Shown here piece after piece: positions 6,727 through 13,940 of a stretch of 13,940 nucleotides of DNA. Where the stretch lies: sequence record LR756500.1, one strand, 5' to 3'. The notes beneath the pieces were generated by a model. That model saw only the letters and a list, made by a program, of their open reading frames with translations, ran no database searches and was not told where the DNA came from. The stretch's first letter is position 1. Each line of letters begins with the position of its first letter. The position numbers and the translations under genes are program-made.

Positions 6727-8403
6727 TTATGTGACTGAAGCAACAATTATATTAGAAAAACCACCATTTTTTTCTATATTTATTTCTACATCAAACATAT
6801 GAGTAGGAAGTGAAGAGTGATTAATGATAAATGTATTTAAATCTATTTCTTTAATAACTTCTCTTAAAACATTTATAATAACATATCTACTATCTCCATC
6901 TAAGCTTGAAAATATTTCATCTAAAAATAAAATATTCAAAGTAGGATATCTAAGTTTTGTTAATTTTATTAAAGCAATAATAATTATAAAATCTGCTTTC
7001 TTTCTTTCTCCAGTACTTAATGATTTAGGATTAATTTTTTCTCCTAAGCTTGTAATGTTAGCATTAAATTTATCATCAAAAATAATGTTAAAAGGTAAAT
7101 GAACTTTTTTAAGTAATGATGAAATATTTCCATTTAAAGCGGGTAATATCATTTTCATTGCAAGATTTTTTATTCCACTATCTTCACCTAAAATTTCTTC
7201 TACTAATTTTAAAAAATAAAATTCATCACTTTTTTCTATTTTATCTTTATGCCTTTCTTGTTCTTTGACTCTTGATTCTTTTATTAAATTTTCTAAATGT
7301 TGAAATTCTTCTCCACTATTTTTCTTATTAACTATTTGGATTAAATCTTTTTTCATATTATCCATATTTGCTTCAATAGAAGAATTTTTAGAAATTATTT
7401 TATGCTGGGCATCTCTTATTTGAATAAATTTTTCTTTTTTATTAATAATTTCTTTTTCGCATTCTTTTATTTCTATTGGTAATATGTTTAATAATTCTTT
7501 ATATGAATTCTTTTTATCTTTATGAAATGATGTAGTTAGATCAGATTCACATTCTGGACATTTATCATTTTCATATAACTTTAATTTATGTTCTATTTTT
7601 TCTAAATCAGATTTCTTTTCATTATATTTCTTCTTTAATTTTTCTGTTATTTTTTCATACTCTTTTAGACTATCATCTACTTTTTTCTTAGCATCTAATA
7701 ATTTAATTTTATCATCTTTTAAAGTTAATAATTTATTTTTGAGTTCTTGTATTTTTTCTTCATTTTTAATATTAGAACTTTTTTGTAAATCATTTAATTT
7801 AGAATTAACTGAGGTAATAGATTGAGTAATTATACCTAATTCTTTTTCATAACTATTAATTTCTTCTTCTACTCCTTTTTTCTTTTCTTTAATTATTTGT
7901 CTCATTTCATTTATAACAGAAAAACCGAATAATCTATCAACAATAGATTTTTTGTCGCCTGGATTCATCGTTATAAATGATTTAAATTCATTAATTGAAA
8001 GAATAATTATATTTTTAAATACATTAAAAGGCATGCCGAAAAATTCGCGTTCCATATAATCTTGAACATTTAATTTTCCAGCTTGATCATATTCTTTATT
8101 ATCAATAAAAACTTTAAATATATTAGGAGATAATCCTCTTTCGATTTCTAAATATTTACCTTTAGAAAATATTTTAATTTTACCCCAAAGATTTTTATTA
8201 ATTCTATTTGGAAGATCTGTTAAATTAACCCCATCAACTTTACCATATAATAAAAATTTAATTACATTAGCGACGGTACTTTTGCCTGCACCATTCACTC
8301 CCGTCAATAGAATCAAGTGACTTTTATCTTCATTGAATTCAATCTTTTGAATTTTATTTCCATAACTAGCAAAATTTTTAAAATGTATACTTAATATTTT
8401 CAT
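6727..8403 (-). CDS. gp46: Recombination endonuclease ATPase subunit, T4 gp46 / SbcC-Rad50-like, 558 aa
   Basis: Walker A GVNGAGKST, coiled coils with a CPEC zinc hook, signature LSTGE, Walker B ILFLDEIFSSLD, H-loop INH. Confidence 0.95.
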   Translation of the reverse strand: MKILSIHFKNFASYGNKIQKIEFNEDKSHLILLTGVNGAGKSTVANVIKFLLYGKVDGVNLTDLPNRINKNLWGKIKIFSKGKYLEIERGLSPNIFKVFIDNKEYDQAGKLNVQDYMEREFFGMPFNVFKNIIILSINEFKSFITMNPGDKKSIVDRLFGFSVINEMRQIIKEKKKGVEEEINSYEKELGIITQSITSVNSKLNDLQKSSNIKNEEKIQELKNKLLTLKDDKIKLLDAKKKVDDSLKEYEKITEKLKKKYNEKKSDLEKIEHKLKLYENDKCPECESDLTTSFHKDKKNSYKELLNILPIEIKECEKEIINKKEKFIQIRDAQHKIISKNSSIEANMDNMKKDLIQIVNKKNSGEEFQHLENLIKESRVKEQERHKDKIEKSDEFYFLKLVEEILGEDSGIKNLAMKMILPALNGNISSLLKKVHLPFNIIFDDKFNANITSLGEKINPKSLSTGERKKADFIIIIALIKLTKLRYPTLNILFLDEIFSSLDGDSRYVIINVLREVIKEIDLNTFIINHSSLPTHMFDVEINIEKNGGFSNIIVASVT

Positions 8404-8678
8404 TTATATTCTTTTAATATTAATAGTATATCATTTAATGCAGCATTATAAGATTTATCTTCATTAGAAGATTCACCCATATATCCATGTCTATATTTTT
8501 CATATATAGATTTTTCTATATCATCAATTATAAATTTAAATATTTCATTTTCTATTAAATTTTTTTTATTTAATTTTAAATTTATTTCTTCATCTCTTCG
8601 TAATGCTCCTTCTATACTATTCCATTCTTTTCCATCTTCTGAAACATATACTTTTAATTCTTTAATTAGTTCTTTCAT
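8400..8678 (-). CDS. Small hypothetical protein, about 92 aa
   Basis: Likely start is MKELIKEL at 8678, right after the upstream stop at 8680, rather than 8708. The TGA stop overlaps the gp46 ATG (ATGA), which suggests translational coupling. Confidence 0.7.
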   Translation of the reverse strand: MKELIKELKVYVSEDGKEWNSIEGALRRDEEINLKLNKKNLIENEIFKFIIDDIEKSIYEKYRHGYMGESSNEDKSYNAALNDILLILKEYK

Positions 8679-8679
8679 A

Positions 8680-9078
8680 TTAATTTGGTATAACAGATTC
8701 AAGATCATTTGCTATAGTTCTTACATTTATATTTTTAACAATTGGAAGAGATGATATAACTTTATCCCAATTTATAGGATAAGTTTCAGCTTTTGATATA
8801 ATAATAAATTCATCATCTTTATATTCATAGTCATCTCCTTTTATAGTCCACCATTTATTGTATTCTGTTGCTACTATACCTGTTTTTGTTACATATTTTA
8901 TATAAAATCCAAATGCGAAGCAATGTCCGTGTTCAATCTTATAAAAATATTCTCCTTTAAATTTAAAAATAGATTTTTGTTCTTCTGTAAGATTTGTTAT
9001 AGCTTCTTGTAATTCTTTTTTTGAATCCTCTTCAGTTACATAAATAAATTTAAATAAATTTTCTTCTTCTTTTTTCAT
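8680..9078 (-). CDS. Hypothetical protein, 132 aa
   Basis: Tightly packed ORF with an A-rich leader 5 nt after the guaC-like stop. Confidence 0.75.
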   Translation of the reverse strand: MKKEEENLFKFIYVTEEDSKKELQEAITNLTEEQKSIFKFKGEYFYKIEHGHCFAFGFYIKYVTKTGIVATEYNKWWTIKGDDYEYKDDEFIIISKAETYPINWDKVISSLPIVKNINVRTIANDLESVIPN

Positions 9079-9083
9079 AATTT

Positions 9084-10154
9084 TTATTTTTTATAACGAT
9101 TTAATGAATTTTCTGTAATAAAAATGAATTCTGTTTCTTCTCTAAATTCTTTAAGATTATTTGTTCCTGAATAGCTCATAGCACTTTTTAAATAATCTGA
9201 AAAATTTTCTATCCATTGAGATAGTGTGTATTCAACTTCTATTAATTTAATAATACCTTCTGAAGTTTTTAATTTAGTATTACCCATTTCTTTTTGTATT
9301 TCTTTGGTACTCATTCCTCTAAACTTTTTATAAAATTTAGTACCACTTTTTAACATAGCACTATAATGTTCCGTATATTGATCAATTTGATCACCAGGTT
9401 CTGTCCAACTATTATATTTTTTATTTCCTATAAAAGTATTTGCTGCACTTTCTAATGCTTTATTAAATATTGAACCTAACATTACATAATCAGCGCCTAA
9501 TGAAAGAGCTGCAATTACATCAGAATATTTTTTCATTCCACCATCAGCTACTATTTTAGTAGTTAAACAAAATTCTTGTTTATGAATAAAACATTCATTT
9601 ATTAATGAAGCCATCGGATATCCAATTTTTGTTTGTTGTGTAGTTAAACAAGCACCACCAAAGCCTATACCGCATCTTACATAATCAGCGCCTGCTCGTG
9701 ATAATTGTATATATGTACGAGGATTTGCTATATTACCGACCATTAATATAAGCTTATCGGTATATACTCTTTTTGCATGTTCAATTACTATAAGTAATTG
9801 ACTCATATGACCATTAGCTATGTCTATTAATACTTTAATTGGTTTTAAAAAAGTAATTGTATGTTTTAAAAATTTTTCTTCAAAATCTTCTAAACTAAAA
9901 GAATACCAAGTATCTAATTCATTGCAAGTGTTTAAAAAATTATCACTATCTTTTCCTCTTGGTAAAATAGTATTTATACCTAAAGATTTATAAATATTAA
10001 TATTTTTTAAATCTATTACATCATACATAGGTGCTGTAAATAATGGAAGATTTCCATTATCATCATTTATGTTTATTTCACTTCTACTTCTTATACTACT
10101 TGTTATAGCAGGCTCTATAAGTATATCATCAAAATCGAATTTTACGTTTTCCAT
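9084..10154 (-). CDS. guaC: IMPDH/GMPR-family oxidoreductase, most likely GMP reductase, 356 aa
   Basis: FDFDDILIEP, LFTAPM, IDIANGH, VGNIA, catalytic loop GIGFGGACLTT..TKIGYP, IVADGG, ALSLGADYVMLGS, FRGMST...TSEG, SAMSYSG. No CBS domains, and no IMPDH-type Arg-Tyr flap dyad seen. Confidence 0.75.
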   Translation of the reverse strand: MENVKFDFDDILIEPAITSSIRSRSEININDDNGNLPLFTAPMYDVIDLKNINIYKSLGINTILPRGKDSDNFLNTCNELDTWYSFSLEDFEEKFLKHTITFLKPIKVLIDIANGHMSQLLIVIEHAKRVYTDKLILMVGNIANPRTYIQLSRAGADYVRCGIGFGGACLTTQQTKIGYPMASLINECFIHKQEFCLTTKIVADGGMKKYSDVIAALSLGADYVMLGSIFNKALESAANTFIGNKKYNSWTEPGDQIDQYTEHYSAMLKSGTKFYKKFRGMSTKEIQKEMGNTKLKTSEGIIKLIEVEYTLSQWIENFSDYLKSAMSYSGTNNLKEFREETEFIFITENSLNRYKK

Positions 10155-10167
10155 ATTTTATTTATTT

Positions 10168-11268
10168 TTAATTATCTTCATCATCATCACTAAAATTGTT
10201 TATAACTTGATGATATAAATCCTCAATTGCTTTTGTTAATTTATCTTTCATTGTAGATTCATACGAAGAACCATCCATATATCTTTTAGCAATACTCATA
10301 ACATTAAAATCTCTAAAATCTGATTCTTCATCAATCATTTGATTTAAATTTTCTTCAGATTCAAATATTTGAGGTTCTATTTTCTTTGTATATTTTTCTA
10401 ATATTGATATTAAACTCGTTAAATTATATTTTGTAACTACTTCACTAGATATGTATAAATCTACAAAATTGTTTTTAACCTTTTCAATTAATTCTTCAAT
10501 TGTTATTTCAAATATATCTCCAATATTAAGTTTTATAAATTGTGGAGAATAAGTATTTTCAAAAAATTCTTCTTTATTATTTTCAAAATCAATTAAATAT
10601 ACTCCTTTTTTATTGTACATATCTGATCTTGTCATTTGATATGGATTTCCAACAAATGTAAAATTATTTTTTTTCTGAGAATAATGAATATGTCCAGAGT
10701 ATATTTTTTTAAAATTTTTAAATGATTCTAATTCTATTCCAACTTCTTGTTTTGATTTTTTATTTAAGTTTATTCCTTTAACTTCAGAATGACAAAATAA
10801 ATAATCCGCTGATACAAAAGTACTTAATGTTTCTACTTCTTGTTCTATATCTTTTCTCCAAGGCATCATTGCTATTCTTTTATTACAAATATTTAATATC
10901 TTTGGTTGTTTATAAATAGTTAAACCTTTTATATTTTTAAGGCAAGATGTCGAAGTTACTTCGTTATCCAGTTTACGGAATATGTCATGATTTCCTATTA
11001 ATAGATGTACTTCAGAAAATATTTCACATAAATCTTCTATTAATTTAATAACAACATCTTGAACGAGAACCTGTATTGTTTGTCTATTATCGAATATATC
11101 TCCTAATATAAAAAGAACATCACCAGGCTTATAATGTTTTTTAACTAATGGAATAAAAAAATTATAAAAATAATCCTTTTGTAATTCTAACCATTCCATA
11201 GAATTACTTCTTAATCCAAAATGTAAATCTGTAATTATAAATGTTCTTTTAATTAAATTGCTATTCAT
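10168..11268 (-). CDS. gp47: Recombination endonuclease nuclease subunit, T4 gp47 / SbcD-Mre11-like, 366 aa
   Basis: Metallophosphoesterase motifs TDLHFG, LGDIFD, GNHD, CHSE and SGHIH; gp46 partner downstream. Confidence 0.93.
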   Translation of the reverse strand: MNSNLIKRTFIITDLHFGLRSNSMEWLELQKDYFYNFFIPLVKKHYKPGDVLFILGDIFDNRQTIQVLVQDVVIKLIEDLCEIFSEVHLLIGNHDIFRKLDNEVTSTSCLKNIKGLTIYKQPKILNICNKRIAMMPWRKDIEQEVETLSTFVSADYLFCHSEVKGINLNKKSKQEVGIELESFKNFKKIYSGHIHYSQKKNNFTFVGNPYQMTRSDMYNKKGVYLIDFENNKEEFFENTYSPQFIKLNIGDIFEITIEELIEKVKNNFVDLYISSEVVTKYNLTSLISILEKYTKKIEPQIFESEENLNQMIDEESDFRDFNVMSIAKRYMDGSSYESTMKDKLTKAIEDLYHQVINNFSDDDEDN

Positions 11269-11273
11269 ATTCG

Positions 11274-11939
11274 TTAGAACAATTTTTTTATTTTTTTTCT
11301 TTCTAAAATATCCGTTTGTTTATCTAATTCCATTACTAATTCATGTTTAAATATATTACTTAAACTACTATAAAATTTATTAGGATAAATATCAAAATAT
11401 TCGGATAGTGTTGCCCATAATTCTAATCTACTATAGCCTTTAGAAATATTTTTTATTATATAACTATAAACAGTATTAATTTGAATTTTATTTAATTTAA
11501 CAGATTTTCCGTTTTCATCTAATTTATTTAAATTACTAAATTCAGATTTTTGAATTAAAGCATGTAATTCATCGTATAATAATTTTTGATGTAAATCATC
11601 ATCAGGATCTGTTGAATCATCATAAGCCGGATCTACTCTAAAATTAAAATTAGAAACAATATCTAATTCTTTTTCTTCATATTTATTATCGAAGATTTTA
11701 TCTGTTTTTGTTCTACCAGTTTTCCATCTATTAAATTTAACCGGTTCCTTTTTCTCTTCTTTAACACCTTCTATATCAGCTTCTATATTAACATCAGCAT
11801 CTGTATCATTTACTACATCAACATCTAATTCTTCTATCATTGATACTTCAATATCTAAATTATTTAATTCTTCTTCTATTTTTTTATCGAAATTATCTAA
11901 TTCATTTTCAAATTGAGTGTATATTTCATCATCATTCAT
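11274..11939 (-). CDS. Hypothetical protein, 221 aa, with a strongly acidic N-terminus
   Basis: Packed between the helicase and gp47 with 12- and 5-nt spacers; D/E-rich first ~65 aa and a helical-looking C-terminal half. Confidence 0.8.
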   Translation of the reverse strand: MNDDEIYTQFENELDNFDKKIEEELNNLDIEVSMIEELDVDVVNDTDADVNIEADIEGVKEEKKEPVKFNRWKTGRTKTDKIFDNKYEEKELDIVSNFNFRVDPAYDDSTDPDDDLHQKLLYDELHALIQKSEFSNLNKLDENGKSVKLNKIQINTVYSYIIKNISKGYSRLELWATLSEYFDIYPNKFYSSLSNIFKHELVMELDKQTDILERKKIKKLF

Positions 11940-11951
11940 ATTACTTTATTT

Positions 11952-13259
11952 TTATATTTCACTACTAGTGATATCACCAGTTTCTTTTAATCTCATAAAA
12001 TTATAATCTATTTCAAATCTACATTTTATTCCTAATCCTTCTCCATCTCTAATTTTTAAAATTTTAAGCCAATATTCATTATTAACATGCATCATTTCAT
12101 CTTGTATAATAGCATAAATTAAATCGCATGTATGAGCTAAACCTGCAGATTCACTGATATGCTCAATTTTAACATCAGTAGAATCCCATCCTGCTTTACC
12201 GATTTGAGTTGCACTAATAACTAATAAATCTCTCTTTACAGCTAATCCTCTTAAATCTTCTGCAATTTGTTTAATTTTTATGTAGGTGTTTTCAGTATTA
12301 GGATTTCTATAATTTGCTAAAATATTTATATAATCTACTATTAAAACATTTACTTTAAAATCTTTAGTTTCTTCTAAATCCTTTAAGTATGCTTCAATAT
12401 CTAAAATACTTGCTTGTGATGTTGGAAATTCTTTTATAATTAAACGGCCTGGAGGCATTACACCTTGAGAAACATTTTGAAGTTTTCTCTTCATGAAATT
12501 TACATCTTTACTTTTAAGATCATATTCATCCATTTTAATATTAAGTAAATTAGCACCTATTCTTTTTGCTACTTTTTTAGCTGACATTTCAGCACTTATA
12601 TAAACAACATTATACCCCTTTTCTACAAAATTTGCTGCATCATTACATAACCAAATACTTTTCCCAATTCCGCTCTGACCACAATAGCAGATTAATGTTT
12701 TTTTATCATATCCACCAGTTCTTCTATCTATAAAATCTTTTCCTGATTGTATTTTAGATAATTTTTCTTGAATATGATCTTCTGCATTAAAAAAATCTAA
12801 TCCTAAATCACTATCAAAATTAACTTTTCCATTTTCATTTAGCATATTAATTGCATTATCTATAATACCATCAACTTTATCAGGTGTAATGCTTTGTAAT
12901 TTAATATATTCAACAGTTTTAATAAGTTGCCTATCAAAATTTCTCCATTTAATCCATGATTCTGAAATACTTTTTAACCATTCAGGATCATATTCATTTA
13001 AATTTGTATCAAAAATTAGATTAATTAATTCATTATCTATTTTATCAGCAAATGTGGATTTTTGTACTAAAAGTTTTATTTGATCTTTTGATGGAACTTC
13101 TTTAAATTTTTCATAGAATTTTTTAGCAATGTCAGCTAAAATATCTAATTCATTATTAGAGAAAAATCCATTATAAAATTTATCAAAGTACTTTGGATTT
13201 TTTAAAGCATTAAGAAAAAATAATTTTTCATAATCTTGAGAATAATTTAAACCTGTCAT
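11952..13259 (-). CDS. gp41: Replicative DnaB-family helicase, T4 gp41-like, 435 aa
   Basis: Walker A GQSGIGKS, YISAEMS, LIVDYINI, LVISATQ, ISESAGL, and KIRDG arginine-finger region. Confidence 0.93.
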   Translation of the reverse strand: MTGLNYSQDYEKLFFLNALKNPKYFDKFYNGFFSNNELDILADIAKKFYEKFKEVPSKDQIKLLVQKSTFADKIDNELINLIFDTNLNEYDPEWLKSISESWIKWRNFDRQLIKTVEYIKLQSITPDKVDGIIDNAINMLNENGKVNFDSDLGLDFFNAEDHIQEKLSKIQSGKDFIDRRTGGYDKKTLICYCGQSGIGKSIWLCNDAANFVEKGYNVVYISAEMSAKKVAKRIGANLLNIKMDEYDLKSKDVNFMKRKLQNVSQGVMPPGRLIIKEFPTSQASILDIEAYLKDLEETKDFKVNVLIVDYINILANYRNPNTENTYIKIKQIAEDLRGLAVKRDLLVISATQIGKAGWDSTDVKIEHISESAGLAHTCDLIYAIIQDEMMHVNNEYWLKILKIRDGEGLGIKCRFEIDYNFMRLKETGDITSSEI

Positions 13260-13297
13260 ATTTTTGTATATTTTAATTTTAATTTATATTGCAAAAT

Positions 13298-13940
13298 TTA
13301 TCCGTTGTTTAATATTTCCTGAAAATATTTAATAGCTTTATCCAATCCTTCATATAAATGTATTTTAGGTTCCCAATTCAATTTTTCTTTAGCTAATGAT
13401 ATATCAGGTTTTCTAACTTTAGGATCATCTTGTGGCAAATCTTTAAATATTAATTTGCCTTTAGTTTCAATTTTTTGCATAACTAAATTTGCTAATTCTT
13501 TTACTGTAAATTCATTAGGATTACCCAAATTAACAGGTCCAATAAAACTATCATCTGATTCCATCATAGCAATTAGACCATTAACCATATCGTCTATATA
13601 ACAAAAACTTCTAGTTTGATGTCCATCTCCGTAAATCGTTATATCTTCTCCTTTTAAAGCTTGTACTATAAAATTTGAAACTACTCTTCCATCCTCTGGA
13701 TCCATCCAAGTGCCATAAGTATTAAATATTCTTACTATTTTAATACGAGTGTTATAAGTTCTATGATGATCCATTAACATAGTTTCTGCAACTCTTTTTC
13801 CCTCATCATAACAAGATCTTATTCCAATAGAATTAACATTACCCCAATATGTTTCAGTTTGAGGATGTTCTAAAGGATCTCCATATATTTCACTAGTAGA
13901 TGTATGTAATAATTTTGCTTTAGTTGACTTTGCTAAATCT
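13298..13940 (-). CDS. NAD-dependent epimerase/dehydratase, UDP-glucuronate decarboxylase (UDP-xylose synthase)-like; 5'-truncated
   Basis: The frame stays open upstream of the track's ATG at 13780: [54 protein letters not shown]. This contains TSE.YGDP, YWGNVN and RSCYDEGKR (YxxxK), followed by [30 protein letters not shown] and [10 protein letters not shown]. Confidence 0.9.
   Translation of the reverse strand, partial: DLAKSTKAKLLHTSTSEIYGDPLEHPQTETYWGNVNSIGIRSCYDEGKRVAETMLMDHHRTYNTRIKIVRIFNTYGTWMDPEDGRVVSNFIVQALKGEDITIYGDGHQTRSFCYIDDMVNGLIAMMESDDSFIGPVNLGNPNEFTVKELANLVMQKIETKGKLIFKDLPQDDPKVRKPDISLAKEKLNWEPKIHLYEGLDKAIKYFQEILNNG

Noticed and set aside
8679-8708. Track start at 8708 for the small ORF before gp46
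   Set aside because: It overlaps the upstream gene by 29 nt; the ATG at 8678 right after that gene's stop is more parsimonious.
4386-13083. Plus-strand ORFs in the track (4386-4571, 4964-5155, 6262-6459, 6824-7102, 12889-13083)
   Set aside because: All are short, lie antisense to well-supported genes and have no recognisable motifs; they are shadow ORFs.
13288-13299. AAATTTTGCA as a Bacteroidota -7 promoter (TAnnTTTG) upstream of the helicase
   Set aside because: It mismatches the conserved first T, no convincing -33 element was identified, and such matches are common in AT-rich DNA.
1-13940. Stop-codon reassignment as seen in some gut megaphages
   Set aside because: Genes are full length and densely packed under the standard bacterial code, so nothing here requires recoding.

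Overview
Very AT-rich window (GC not computed) in which every credible gene lies on the minus strand. The content fits a large T4-like (jumbo) myophage. In transcription order: a UDP-glucuronate-decarboxylase-like SDR enzyme (5'-truncated), gp41-like replicative helicase, an acidic hypothetical protein, gp47 (Mre11/SbcD), a GMP-reductase-like enzyme, two small hypotheticals, gp46 (Rad50/SbcC), a terminator, gp15-like tail completion protein, a stand-alone TnpB, a 617-aa coiled-coil protein, gp55-like late sigma factor, a free-standing endonuclease cassette, a terminator, and gp4-like head completion protein (3'-truncated, absent from the ORF track). The most striking observation is the 1,662-bp endonuclease cassette. 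It is bracketed by a 26-bp direct repeat, so the endonuclease and the sigma factor end in the same peptide (NAEIYSI*). Its protein joins a PD-(D/E)XK/Vsr-like nuclease to a Mom-like GNAT domain, and a hairpin sits just upstream of its start codon. The TnpB has intact RuvC motifs, no TnpA, and similar leader sequences on both flanks. Family assignments come from motif recognition only; no database searches were run. Two N-runs (782-808 and 4470-4490) hide some sequence.
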